Below, one piece after another: positions 1 to 13,586 of a DNA stretch of 64,000 nucleotides. Position numbers and translations under genes: made by a program. Below the pieces are notes generated by a model. That model worked only from the letters and a program-made list of their open reading frames with translations, did not search any database and was not told the origin of the DNA. Source of the stretch: Bispira polyomma (lineage: Eukaryota); contig OZ287752.1 of NCBI GenBank assembly GCA_965649765.1, positions 12,958,001-13,022,000 of the forward strand, written 5' to 3'. Each line of letters starts with the position of its first letter. Positions within the stretch are counted from its first letter, which is position 1.

Positions 1-866
1 CCACATCCCAAGATCCGATGTTATAAACTCCATGGGAAACCAGCACCAGCTACAACAACCCAATAGGGTCACGCACTGCCGACAGAGTCCGCTACTTTAA
101 ACCTATCTGATTTTAGTGTAGTTACGAGCAGACATGATAACAAGTGTGAGACTGTAGAGAAATGCATTGTACCTAGTGATATTTTTAAAGTAGGAATGAA
201 TAATGAGTTTTTTCCAAAAAATAATAATTTAGACACTAAAAATAGACAGTTTCAGGTGTATGATTGTGAAAGTGAATGCAATAATATGAACAATGTAGTA
301 AACCCAGTGGTGAATAGTGAACTCTTCAGTGTTTACATTCAAAACGATAATACTGTAAAAGTAGATAATATAGTTGAACCAGTGGTGAACAGGGAACTCT
401 TCAGTGTTTACACTGAAAACGATAATACTGTAAAATTAGATAACGTGGATAACACGTACTGTTCTATGAAAGAAAACATTAAAATGTATTATAGGAATGA
501 ACAATATGAAAAAGTAATTAATACTGGATCGATAAATCATGACATGTATGATACTGTTTTGTCTAACCAAGTATTTGCATGCACTAACACTTCAAGTTCT
601 GTGTTTCATAATGTAGACGTATATGTCAGGAATGACTTCACTGTGAATGAAGTCAGTGATCTGTTTTATATATGTTGTACAAAAGAACCTAGTATATCAG
701 GGGTGTACAAACAAGTAGTAAACAAGGACAACATTTGGTGGAATAAAACAACACAGTCTATATCACAAATATGGCCTGTCCAATATACACACACAACAAC
801 CATACACACAAAAGTACACCACAAACACAAAAACACACAAAAAGGGAATGAGATCAGAGTGCATAC

Positions 867-889
867 ACACACACACACACACACACACA
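867..889. repeat. (CA)n microsatellite
   Basis: Direct reading of a cacacaca run. Confidence 0.9.
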
Positions 890-1159
890 AATAGGCCGTG
901 CAGACTACTATATCAACATTATTGATAAAATTTGTAAACAAGAGAGCAATAGCATGACTGTCACACAAAGTACAACCATAAACAAAATACACACAAAATC
1001 TACAAAACAGGACAATAACACACACGTGTTCAGAACAGAACAAACAAAACAAGCAATCACCAGGCACAACAATTACCTCATCAAGACGTTGTCAACATAT
1101 TAATTACAAACTTTGACGACAATACTGACACAGACACCAAACAGGAAAACCAGTTAAGG

Positions 1160-3390
1160 GATAGAACATTTGGTTTCACAGGACATGACCACAAACATGA
1201 ACAGTTCATTGGACCCAGTAGTACACATCAACACGTATGAGAAACTAATACAAGTGACAGACATTATTAAACTGACCGGATTGCCTAACTATAAAATGGC
1301 TAGAATCCCCATTAAGTCTAACCTTAATGTTGATGTGTGAAAACAATACTTAAGGGACTAATATGACAAGTCCTTGCTAGACTACATAGAATTTGAATTC
1401 CCAATATCACTTTACGATAGAAGTAAACTTAACACAAAAGTGATAAAAAATACCATTCTGCTATAATATTCCTAGAAAAGATTGACAAATATTTTACAGA
1501 GGAAACTGAGAAAGGTACCATTATTGGCCCAATTAGTGAGCCAATTAATCCCCTCTCCTCACCCGTCCAGAGGACAAACACCAGAGAAGGTTGATTCTAA
1601 ATCTATCACACCCTGAGGGTTCCTCAGTCAATGACTGGACTGTAAAAAACAAGTATGACGGCGTAGACTTCACCTTGAAATTGCCCAAAATCGACCAGAT
1701 CACAACAAAACTACTGACTTTAGGAGATAAGGCAACCTTAGCAAAGGTAGATGTCAAAAACGCATTTAGAAATATACGAGTAGACCAATATGACTGCGTG
1801 AAACTCGGTTATTCCTGGAACAACAAATATTACGTTGATCTTAGTCTGACATTCGGCCTCACACACGGCACATCACTATTTATGAAGATCAGTGACGCAA
1901 TTACTCATATTATGCAACACAAGGGTTTTTGCACTTTTAACTACATCGATGATTTTATCCTTTGTGAAAATGAAGATAGGACTACAGTAGCCTACAATAC
2001 TTTACAACAAGTACTAGTTGATTTAGGACTTCCCATCAATAAGAACAAACTTGTGGCACCGAGTAAAAGGGTCACATGCATGGGAATCACAATAGACATG
2101 AATAAACAAACACTTAGTATAGACGACGATAAATTGGCATCTGTAATTGAAACGTGTGTAGAATTTGTTACATTAAAAAGTGTGAGAAAGAATAAATACC
2201 AATCGCTTCTGGGAAAGCTACTGTATGTACACAGAGTAATTAAGCCCTATCGCTTGTTCATGAATTGAATGTTGGCACTTCAGCACAATTCAATAAGTAA
2301 CAAAATTATCACCCTCACAAGCGATTTCCATAAAGATTTAACAGCTGTGTGCCGTCTCTGTAATGAGCATGAAGAAACAATAATTCACTTGTTTGTCCAT
2401 TGCCAAGTATTAAGTTTAATTGTACTCCTAGTACATTGATCTTTGGAACTTGGGAATCTAAAATACCTAATATTCCTATAAATGTTATTTATATAACAGC
2501 AAAATTCTATATTCTTAAACGTTCAAGATCCAATGCATACTTAAATTTGTTTGAGTACCAAAAGTATCTAAAGAGTAAATATAACGAACAATATTTATTA
2601 TCTGAAATTGAAATGTGTGATAAAAAGTTTAGCAAATCATGGTCAGTGTTTGTAAATCTGTTGAAACAATAATTTATGTTACCATAAAAAATTGTTGTGA
2701 TCTAAAATTGAGCAATGGTCAGATTTGTTACATTTGTAGTTTTGATTTGTACTCGTACTGCGTATGAGACACTCTGTAACTAAACCTCGATGGGGGGTTG
2801 GCTACCCTCGCCCTCCCGAGGTGTTTCCTTTGTTGTAAAAAAAGGGTAAATAAAACATTATTGGGACGCGGAAAAAAAAAGAAAAAAAAGATTTAAATTG
2901 GTTCCTAACCTTTCTACACCAATTCAATGGTACTGCTAAATAGCAGTGACAACAGGGAACATGAGGAACTAATATACATGGATGCTTGCTTAACGGGGAT
3001 AGGCGGAGAGTGTAACACTAATGTGTTCAAGACTCCCATACCAACATTTAGTGCAGACTCTTTATCAATCGTACACTTTGAAATGTTGGGAGTATTATTA
3101 ACGTTAAAAACACGGGGTAAAGAACTCCAAGACAAGAAAGTAAAAATTAAATCAGATAATGCAGCAGTGGTTTCTGTCGTGCAGTCCTCTAGAATAAAAG
3201 ACGACTACCTTGCTTTATGCATTAGGAACTTATGTTTCATATCCGCGACACTTAACATTGACCTCGACATTGACCACATAAGGGGCAAGGACAATGTCCT
3301 TGCAGACACCCTATCAAAGAACTAATAGTAAACAATTTCACAAATCATAATGTTTCTGTGAACATGTTTTTAATGAACAATACCTTTTAA
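1160..3390 (+). pseudogene. pol: Element 1 RT/RNase H (pol), disrupted by stops, frameshifts and a LINE insertion
   Basis: ORFs 1591-2268 (RT) and 2927-3325 (RNase H). Removing 2342-2886 plus one TSD copy restores SDFHKDLNWFLTFLHQFNG. Upstream GLPNYKMARIPIKSNLN matches element 2 (FPNYKKARYPIISGLN). Confidence 0.85.
2342..2886 (+). mobile_element. 5'-truncated L1/Tx1-type LINE 3' end nested in element 1
   Basis: ORF2 C-terminal zinc knuckle CRLCNEHEETIIHLFVHC, then AKFYI...KKFSKSW*, a 3' UTR and a poly(A) tail. 10-bp TSD aaagatttaa at 2332-2341 and 2887-2896. Confidence 0.85.
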
Positions 3391-3396
3391 TTGCAG

Positions 3397-4517
3397 GAAC
3401 ATCTCCATCAGACCATTAGTACTACAAGCAGGGTGCCGCGGTGGCCTAGTGGTTAGCAAGCATTGCGCTTCACAATCACTGGTCTCTCACCTCTGGGCGG
3501 CATGAGTTCAAATCCCGTCAATGCCTATGTGGGAAAGGTGGTAGTTCCTTACTGTAGGTCGCTGGTTTCAGTGCAGAACCTTGATCAATTGTATGCAATG
3601 TTTCCTCCAGAATTTCCAACTACCCGTCCCAATATAACCTAAACAGGTACTAGAGTGGACGTTAAATATCCCAATTAAAAAAAAAAACAAAAAAAAAAAA
3701 AAATTACTACAAGCAGTACAGAGAATGACAGACAGCCAAAGACTAAGAACAAAGAAAATGTACGACAGACAATTTATACTATATATCTCATTTGTGACAT
3801 ATTACCAAATCACTGACACATTCAGCTTCAGCACAATTGTGTCCTTTTTAGAGTTGTTTCACCACTCAAACATATCAGTAAAAGCTATTAATAACTACCT
3901 GTCAGCAATTAGACATAATTGCAAGCTGCTAAATATACAGCACACTGACCTCTATGATCAAAGAATCTCACTCTACACTATATCTCTAGAACTCTCATCA
4001 CCTTTTACACCAAAGGAGTTTTTGACCTTCACCAGTTACATAATATATCCAAGGCATGCTCACACTCACATTTCCAAGAATTATACAGATCTGCTTTTCT
4101 CATAGCATATTTTGGTTTCCTCAGAATTTCAAACCTCACTCCTTCTTCAGGTCAGCTTTTTGACTCTACTAGACACATCACTAGATCAGACATTATTTTT
4201 GCACCACCAGGCATTCATCTCATCCTCAAATGGTCCAAAACTAACCAGACTAGAACCTCAACAAACATTATACAATTACCAAAGTTAAGAAACCCTTGGC
4301 TCTGACATTATTAAATATCCCTTTACAATGGCACTCCTTCCACTGTTTAGGTAGATCAGGGGCTTCTCTAGCCTTCAATCAGAACATAAAACTTCAAGAC
4401 ATCCAGAAACATGGGTGTTGGAAGTCAGATGCAGTCTGGGCCTACCTAGAGTCCACTTCACACGCGGCCTCTATAATTCCTTCCACTTTCGCCTCTATCA
4501 TCCCTCATTCTATTTAA
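3397..4517 (+). pseudogene. Element 1 tyrosine recombinase, disrupted
   Basis: ORFs 3725-4105 and 4296-4517 with YR motifs (FLRISN; HCLGRSGA; HGCWKSDAVWAY). Interrupted by a SINE, frameshifts and an internal deletion relative to element 2. Confidence 0.85.
3431..3704 (+). mobile_element. tRNA-derived SINE (copy 1)
   Basis: A box TGGCCTAGTGG 3442-3452, B box GAGTTCAAATCC 3504-3515, poly(A) tail, TSD tactacaagca at 3420-3430 and 3705-3715. A similar copy lies at 37704-37957. Confidence 0.9.
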
Positions 4518-5101
4518 ACTTCCTTTGGCTTTGGCATGTTTTTAAAATGTAATATTTTAAAATTCTGTAAAGTTGTAAATAGAAATCTGTAAAATAAATT
4601 CCCAAACCTGCATCTGACTTCATCACTTATAAAAGGTCACTTACCAATACTTACCTACTAGCCTCACAAGGCAAGTTCAACTGGCCCTACAAGGCAAGTG
4701 GAACTACGGTGACCCATAACGGTCAAACTATCCATGATGAATTATAAGGGACTGGCTGTCTTACGATAAATGGCTTTTACATATTGGTCATTATCGGTCC
4801 TAAAGATTTGGGATATGAAACCAATTTGCTAGGAATTTTCTGAGCAGGTCAAATTCAACCCGTTCTTCAAATTCAAAGGTGTGTGTCCATATTGTCTCAC
4901 ATATTATTTTTGAAAACTGGTAAAATATTAAAAACTATGATTGAAGCTCATATATTGCAGTTTAAATGATTTAGGAACATAAAAAGACTACAATATTGTA
5001 TTGCATTTTGTATTTTAATGTGCCTTATTAATGTGAGACACAACAACAGAATCAGTAAACCAATCAACAAGTCAAAAAACAAGAAGTGTATAGGAAGGAA
5101 A

Positions 5102-5330
5102 CTAAGGTGAATAAGCAAATTTGAAGAGATAGGTCTTAAGTATTTTTCTAAACTCAGAAAGTGTTTCAAGTGATCTAAGCTCAACTGGGAGAATACTCCA
5201 TAACATAACGGCAATAGAGAACATCTCCAGATTGGTAGATGTCACAGCAGAAACGGCTGCTGAAGGAAAGATGAGCAGCAAGGTAGGAGGAATCTTGAGA
5301 TGACAGCTTTGAAAGTGGTTACATGGATTT
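5102..5330 (-). mobile_element. Old L2/CR1-type LINE 3' fragment, co-duplicated with the array (related copies ~41930-42170, ~55580-55830, ~61350-61590, ~63500-63730)
   Basis: Translation FSIAVMLWSILPVELRSLETLSEFRKILKTYLFKFAY resembles the LWNxLPxxLR...FKxxLKTYLF end of L2/CR1 ORF2. Confidence 0.6.
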
Positions 5331-8300
5331 AAGACAAAATTTGATAGTGAATAGGAAGCAAATGTAATTTGTTCAGGTAAAGAGAGATTTATGTACGGAT
5401 CCACAGAAAAAAAAAATGATTCCACACAGATATTTTGAATAGGCTGTAACTTGTGGCGGCCATCTTGTTTCTGAAATGAGGACAAAGTTCAACAGAAGCA
5501 AGAATTTATAGCGATAAACATAGTTTGAAACTTGAAAGGTGAGGCTACCTGCAAAAGTTTTGAGAGCATTAATGAAGTATAATCTCTCTGCGCCTAACTG
5601 CATCTGAACAAAAGTATCTACCAGATGTCAAAGACATTATGGCTTGGTTTAAATTTTATGAAAAATGTATTGTCAGACACTTGGCCGTTGCAAATTTGGA
5701 GTTAAAAAAGTTCCACAGAAAATTCTATGTGCTTTTACAAATATAGTTTCAACTTACATTTTAAAATCTTTGGCAGTAATGCTCATTCAAAAGTTTAAGC
5801 CACTGCAAATTATCTGTTTCTACATGGTATTGACTTCGGGGTGTGAGGTGGTCTGACTTTGACTAGTGTTGAGTCTCTGTGGGTGGTACAATGATTAGGT
5901 AATTCAAGTACTTTGGTGCCAGTTAATTCTAACATTGGAAAATTACATAATTTCTTTCGAAGTTAATTATTATTTTAAAAACAATTTAGCAGTCAAAAAC
6001 AGAAGCATAAATGACTATGAGCTCAAATGCTGCTCTAATAATGATGCATGAAGTTCCAGGTAGAAGAGTTTGGCTTAATGGCTAAAAATGTTATTTAATA
6101 TCAAGATTTTACAACAAAGTATGGTTATATGTATGGCATATTGTCATCTATGAACAGACTGAGGTCCAACTATTATTTAAGTGCTGTAATATGTTATTAC
6201 AAAAATGTTTCTAGCATCTAAGTATCTAAAGTTATTATCCTTAAGTATATACACAGTTGCTATCATTGTTATATATGTTTCGGTTAAGTTCTGTTCTTCT
6301 GTACAGCTTTAGGTTTCAAGCAGCAATTCGTCAGTTAATAGCTTCATATGTCCCTTGCTGGAATCACAATGTAATACACATTTATAGTATCTGACTAAAA
6401 ATAATATGTTGAGTTAAGTCGATTTTAACAAATCTTTGCACACAAAGTTATAATATTTAGATATAATTATTTGAGGAGTAACCATTATGTGATGGCCATA
6501 CCTTCAAATCAGTATACTCAGCTATTGGTGTTGGTACTTCCGGTTTTGTCATCTCATAGTTGCTGATTCCATGTGTAGATGTTACATTTTCATATGTTGT
6601 TGGACTTTGATTCTAAAAAATATGTTACAATTAAATAACAGCATGTCACAAGAAGAAATGTAAGTAATGTAAATTTAATAGAGAAGATCACACATTGCAC
6701 AAACTCTGTTTTCAAAGATACAAGTGTTTTAAGCATAATGTTATGTTTTTTATGACTTACTGAAGTCCCTTTGGTGGTGTCACTATTGTGGTTTTGTCTC
6801 CTTCTCAACAAAACAATCAGTATAATTAGAGCACCTGTGAGTAAACCAACTATGGTAGACAGAACTGCTATTCCTGCTATTAACTTTACAGATATGCAGA
6901 ATGGGCTGAAAAAAGAACTTCAAAATAAAGGATTACAATTCTTAACAATAATCTTGTTAGATTTCAAATTAATACAAATTATGTACTTTTGTAGTGTAGA
7001 CATTTTCTTATCCCATGTGTCAGATATGTTGTCTTTCACAGGTAAACTTACTTTTGTCAGTTATTGTAAATTGCTGGGCTATTACTTCATCAGTATCCTG
7101 ATATATTTCAAGGTGGTACTCCTCCCTATCATGTACTACATCTACTGCATACATTGTGACACTGGCATCAATAATCTTGTAAATTGAAATGCAATCTTGC
7201 CGTCCATTGTAACACTTTAATAAAGCAGCTCTTGTGTAGTTTCCATCTATCTGTTCCCAGTAAAGGACTACAATATCTACATATATTTTTGCCTCCAATA
7301 TCCCTCTCACTAATGATAGACCTTTGATCAAGTAAAATACAAAAATATGATTCTAAGCTGAATCATGTAATGATCATATATGCATTTAAATGTATTTATT
7401 TGCTTGTATTTAAAGTGTTTGTTTATAACACTTCTTGACTCCACAAGTACAGCCAATCAGTGACTGCCATTCTGCTTAAGACTGCTCAAGACAGAGGATT
7501 AACAATTTATTATGCTGCAATATGACAGTCTTTAAAGTGGTACATCTGAGCCACTATTTATGTGCCTGTGCCTCAGAGCCCAAGGCCCTGGTCAAATTTT
7601 TATCATCCGTGGACCTAAGCAAGTGGGATACACACTATGCCACAGTGGCAAATTTTTCATGATATTATTTTCTTTAACTTGACAACGCCATTTGCTTTGG
7701 ACCAATTGGTGTCTATGGCATATACATATATACTACCATACAGCATATTAAGAATATAAACAATATGGAGAATGTATCCTTGTTTAGAGGCTCTTTGGAT
7801 AATAATATGCCTTGCTTTAATAATAATAGTGACATAACTAAATAGCTGCTGGTACCTAAAGTTGTTACTGATATCTCTGACTGGTAATCACTTTCTCCAT
7901 ATTGGTTTTGAGCTTGAACCCTAAAGAAGTACTCTGTATCAGGTAATAAATTTGACACTTTGTACATAGTTCTCTTGCTATGTTCATTTGTCTGAATCCC
8001 ATCATAATACAGTATTTTAGTGTCCCCTTGATGCCGGTAATATACTGTAAATGTTTGTGTTACTGGACTCCTGCCAGGGATCCATGACATAGTCACTGAT
8101 ATGGCAGTTATGGATTCAAATATAAAGGAATATGGTGGCTCAGGAACACCTGAAACACAAAAAGTAGGAAATATTTACCAATAGACATAAAAATATTACC
8201 AGTAGGTAATAAAGTAGTGAGAGATTAAGACATCTGAAAATCTGTGCTGTTCTGTTGTCATGGATAAATAATATACTGGTAATTACTGGCAGAGAGGGGA

Positions 8301-11300
8301 ATATCTATGTTAGATGCCATACAAAATATGCCCAGCAAATAATATTTGTATCAAATATAAACTTCATCTGACAGTGATATATATTCTTGATATAAATACC
8401 ACATACTTACTGTTTCTAAAGTAATTCAACTGCATATCAGTCGCTTGGAAAATGCAGTAGGACTAACAATTATGTTGCAATTCCAACCAGGTGGAAATGA
8501 CAAACAAATGTCCAAGATGACAACTATGAATATTAACTATTACAAATAGTCCTTCAACCAGGGGCTTAAACTGTGGACCAGTTGAACAAAGAAAGTTTCT
8601 TGGTAGCATCTTGGGTTTTTTTAATTCCCTGACTCTGTTTTTCTAGATGAAATCACAATACCTTTCCAGGATGCAAACAGAATAGATATTTTATGAATTC
8701 TAAATTAATCCAATTTAAAATTGGAGCATTGTAAATAATACCTCTTTCTAGTAACTCAAGTGAAAAACTAACAGGCTGTTGAATACCATTAGTCACAGTA
8801 ACTGTGTACTCTGTGTAGTCTTCTATTTGCACAGTATTTATCACAAGTTCAGAAATAAATACTTCATCACTCATTTTTCTCGAATTTACACCATCAGTGA
8901 TACTTGATCCACCCACTTTGCTCCAGATAAAAGCTGCTTCAAGGTCACTAAACTCAGGAAAAGCTCTCACTGTGACAATAAGGGTGACTTGTTGATTTAG
9001 TCCTGCATAGAAAACCACAGTATCTCTGCTGAGAAAAATTGGTGGATCTGAAGGTACAGTGATATAAATTTAGTACAGCAAATATAAAACACATAGTTGG
9101 ACATAGTAGACCAATCAATTCCAAGTAATTTCTACAGTGCATCTATACAGTTACTTACAATGTATAACAACCTGTATTCCTGCTGTGTCACTCCCCACTG
9201 TATTCCCTGCTGTGCATCTATAAGTCGCTGCATCAGTGTACACTGCCTTCTCTATTATCAGCTCTGTGTTCTCTCTCTGATCTGGTAGAGCCTGAGATGT
9301 GGTATCTTCATATTTAGGTTCAAACTCCCATAATTGGCTTGTGATTTCCTCAGGGTTACCAACCTTAATGTTACAGCGAATAGCAAGTTCTGACCCTTCT
9401 TCTGTGGTGATTGACGCAGTTTGAGCTGCTATGTCTGGAGGATCTGATTGAAAAGAACATTACAATAAACATTTAATGTAATACAAAATATGGTAATAAA
9501 ACATGAAATGATCAGAGTATAATTTTTGTAAATATTTTTTCTGCCATTTAACGGCAGAAACATTTTCAGATTACATCTAATGACCGGCAATGCTTATAGT
9601 ATAAGGCAAAGTTTTCCAATATAATGTGTCTTGTTTCATCTAAAACAAAAATCTAGATTGTACAACTAATAATTATTCATAATAAACAGTATTGCAGAAA
9701 TGTTATATGTTTAACATCACCCTAAATTCAACAGTTTTACTTTTTCTTCAGTAACTGTTTCAAGATACATCCTGGCTAATATACTTTTGATATTAAAGTG
9801 GGTTCAAAATTTTCTATGGGATGTGGTAAAAATGTGGTGTTAATAACATTACTATTAAGAACCTCAACATAATGTAGATGACAGGTAACATGTAGTTAGT
9901 GACTTTTTATTCCTAAAAGTAGAACATGAGAATAGGTTTACATGTCTTTTAATTCCAAAATATGTAATTATTCTATCACTATATAATTATAATAGATGAA
10001 ACTTACACAATACACTAATTTTCAGGCTTTCAGACATTAAATGTCCACCCTGAGAGCATATTATTGTCATCAACTCTGCAGTAAAACTGGTCTCCATCGT
10101 CATCCTTGTCAACAATGAGCTCATACTCCAGTGTCTTGGCTATCACCACTGCTAGATGTACAGTTGTTCCAAGTCTGAACAACTTTAATCTACCGGCATG
10201 ATTACTGTCTACTTCACAAGTCAAGGTCAACAGAGTATTCTCATTTACTGTTGAGGATGGAGAGGCTGTAGGTTTACTCACTGATGATGGTACATCTGGA
10301 ATTTGAATAGTAGTTTACTGAATAAGGCACAATATTACCCTGAAACCTATTATAAGCCTACTAATTGATATCAACATTTGGTATAGCAAACTTCAAGTGC
10401 AAAGGTATGATTTAAGTCTTCATGAGCATTCAATGTGTATTAGTTGTTCTGATTAGAGAACCATCAAGAGATGATAATATAAACAAAAGTTTATTGTAAA
10501 TGAGAAACTCCAGCTATTCCACCAACCAAGTCAAGGTCCATTATTTCGTCGATAGTGTGCACACTCTCATTAAAGTCACCCTTAAGTGACTTCAGTTCAC
10601 AAAAACACCCACTACTCTAGTTTGTGTTGTAGGCTGGGGGGCTATTGTGGTCTCTGTTATATATTAGACAACAGTTGACCAAATTGATAAAACATTAACA
10701 ACAGAATCTGTGGGCATTTAGTATTCTCGTATTTATCTTTATCTAGCATTGAAACCACTAGTTATTTTATTTTACTTCTGAACACTATCATTTATCCTCC
10801 ATTTACCATTTTTAAATTCCAAATTCTAGTCATGGAGCGATATAAGTGTAGTCATATCATGTACTTTTTATCATGGAATAGGAAAGGATTACCAGTCAAA
10901 TTAATATGCCAAGTCAGGCTGATGCTTAAAAAGTTGTATTCTACAAACCAGAATATGACCACTAGTATAAAACTACTTGGGACAAGTTCAAACCATATAC
11001 GGTGTCATAAAAAGATACAGCATCTCAGAAGAATGACATAAGTCAGGGGGACTTTTAAATCCATATGCATACCACCTGCCTGTGATAACATCCATGCAGC
11101 TAGGTATTGTGAACTGATAACTGAGGCCTTAGGCCCTAATAGTTTTTCCCACCCCAGAAATGTACCTACAGTCTCGAGAAATGTGGTTATTTGAGATAAA
11201 ATATTGGAGATTAATTAACTATGTGCTATGTGTCATATTAAAACAAGTACTATTTTCGGACAGAACTTAGAACTTGTAACAACCTTATACAATCACATTA

Positions 11301-12677
11301 TGACATCATATTTCCTGGTGTCAATATTCACCCATATACGCCATTTAAAGTTGCAATACTATTTATTAATTTGGCATTACCTGCTTCCTCGTTTTTATTT
11401 TGTTAGTTCATATTTGCAGGATATAGAATTTTGAGACATTTACACTGCTTTGTTGTTTATTGTCCTTGCTGTTTTAAATGTAATTTGTTATTAAGTTTTG
11501 AGTACATATGATTTTAAAACTGATTCTAGCGAGTCTATAGTTCATATATGCAACCATTTTGAAACATTTTATGTAAAGCACTACCTTGTTATTTAGTAGC
11601 TCTACATAGTCTTCATGAATATCATATTTTCATGATTTATCATGGTTATTAGACTCTTGTCTAACACACCACCAAGTGACATATTAGTTTGTGATGACAC
11701 TTACAAACACAATGTTCAAAGAATGAGTCCTCTCCTCACACAGGAAAGTTTTGTAAAACAACTTCATGACATACTACACATCCAGAGTTTCAGTGTTTGA
11801 TGTCTTCACTACTTTTATTGGTCCTTCACCCCAGGTTAATTCACACTGTACTCCTTGACCTTGCTGACCACGATTAAAGATCAGTGTATGTGTATAAGTC
11901 ACTGTATAGGTCAGTCCATTACTCTCGTTACTCTCTGTCTCAACACCTCCACTGTAGTGCATTACCTATGGTACTAAGGCTCACAGAATCCGGGGCATCT
12001 GGAAGTTTAGGAAAAATAAATATGTTAACTATTATACAATATGTTTTATCAAACAGATGTAATGATTGATAACTGTATTTAAATGATAACATGCTTTAGC
12101 AAATGATAAATTAAGTGTTTATATTTTGTTTAACTTTCAAAAAATTATTTTTATTAAGAAATCATGTTGGCTTAGATTTGGTATTTAGAAATATAGGCAC
12201 AATTGTAAGTTAACTTGGTTTAAAAACTTGGTTTAAATACTAAATAAAAAAGATATCTTCCTTTATATGATTATTTATGTACATACTCCAGGGGTTATAC
12301 TTTGGGTCCCACTTAAATTCCAAATATTTTATTAGTGACAATTAAGCTGTCTACTTAAAATTCATCACAACATATATAATGTTTGATAGTACTATTTTTA
12401 AAGAAGATTAGTTATAATAGTAATTTCTTGCAAAATTTCTTGTAAAATTCTATGAATTTTATAAAATGTACAAATTGCGATAAAAATGTGTTTCCTTAGA
12501 TTTTATTAAGTTGTAAACAGGTCATATTCCTATGCCTTGTTGATATTTCCAGTCTATGGTTTGCTACTGCAAATATATGAGGAAATATATGTCCCTTAAG
12601 GTAGAATACACACAGGAATTTGGATTGGTATTTAACACTTTTTTCATGTATATTGATTAACAAACAAAAACACTCAC

Positions 12678-13079
12678 CATATACTTTGTTATTTAAGTCC
12701 AGGTATTTATTTCCGTAATCCCCAGGCTGGTTTTCAGCAAAACATCTGTATCTAATGGCATCAGTGAGGATGTTCACCTCGGATATAGTCAGTCTGTGTG
12801 ACGTGTCTGTGTAAGTCCAAGTCACATCTCTGTCTTCTAAAGTTCCTCCTACCAGTTCGTTACCAGGTGCAACTGCTTTAGAGAAAAGGTACACTTCATT
12901 GTTTGTCTGACTGTTGTACCAACTAACATCATACAATTCAGCTTCACTGAGTCCATATTCACACACTAGAGTAACACTCTTACCATTCAGCAAATAGTAT
13001 GTAGACCCATCTCTGTAGTCCGATTCATAGTGAGTTGTCACATTGATTTTACTCAATATGACAGACAGTAGCGACAAAA
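12678..13079 (-). CDS. Copy A exon 2: open V-set Ig domain (class I)
   Basis: ttgcag acceptor, G|GTGAGT donor, 402 nt, phase 1-1. Motifs VTLVC...VSWY...HRLTISEVNILTDAIRYRC. Confidence 0.7.
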
Positions 13080-13586
13080 CTGCAAACATGAGTTTCAAAT
13101 ATTTAAGGCAGATATAAATTTATCCTGAACTGAGCCAATTAAAATGTGTTGTAACAGTAAATATGTTCCTGGAATGTCCATTTTTTGTTTAAATTCTGTT
13201 GAATTTGAAATGTGTCTTGCAATATTCTATCGTTTGTGAACTGTCCGTGTTTTGGTGGAAAGTGCATATCTTTTTAATGTTTACATATTTACGTTTGTTA
13301 AAAACCACACAATTTTCAATGCTAGGAAGTGTGGCTGTTATTAAGTGTGTGAATGGTTTACACAATTATTAGATACATGTACATACTTTATTAAAACTGA
13401 AAACTTGGATAATAAATTAGCATCTGTAAAAATATCAAAAATGATTAATTTTAAAAATTGTGTTTATGTAAATGTAAATAGGTTTCCTTTTGTATAACAA
13501 ATGGAGTTAGATTAATAAAAGTTAAATGAATAAACCATCATCAAAGTAAATCTAAAAAATGCACTAAAACATAAAATTGTACTTAC

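Larger units (their letters stand above)
1..4750 (+). mobile_element. Decayed DIRS/Ngaro-type tyrosine-recombinase retrotransposon (element 1), 5' part outside the window
   Basis: The window starts in the gag C-terminus (PHPKIRCYKLH...*, similar to VHPEFKCFKF in element 2). It continues with RT (AKVDVKNAFRNI, FGL, NYIDDF), RNase H (YMDACLTG, HFEML, SDNAAVV, HIRGKDNVLADTLS) and tyrosine recombinase (YFGFLRISN, FHCLGRSGAS, HGCWKSDAVWAY). Host array flank resumes near 4750; right end approximate. Confidence 0.9.

Noticed and set aside
666-1067. Cys/Val-rich 133-aa ORF (and the YI-repeat ORF at 54311-54646)
   Set aside because: Translations of CA-rich and TA microsatellite sequence.
3431-3520. 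tRNA gene
   Set aside because: The tRNA-like head is followed by a SINE body, tail and TSDs; it is a SINE.
6771-7187. Plus-strand ORFs recurring in paralogs (also 9097, 10832, 17833, 19841, 34136, 47202)
   Set aside because: Antisense or intronic shadows repeated only because of the duplication.
12600-13150. RAG-type recombination signals around V exons
   Set aside because: No heptamer-spacer-nonamer seen beside the V exons. CACAGTG at ~7641, ~18520 and ~34818 is in intron 7 without a nonamer, so there is no evidence of somatic rearrangement.
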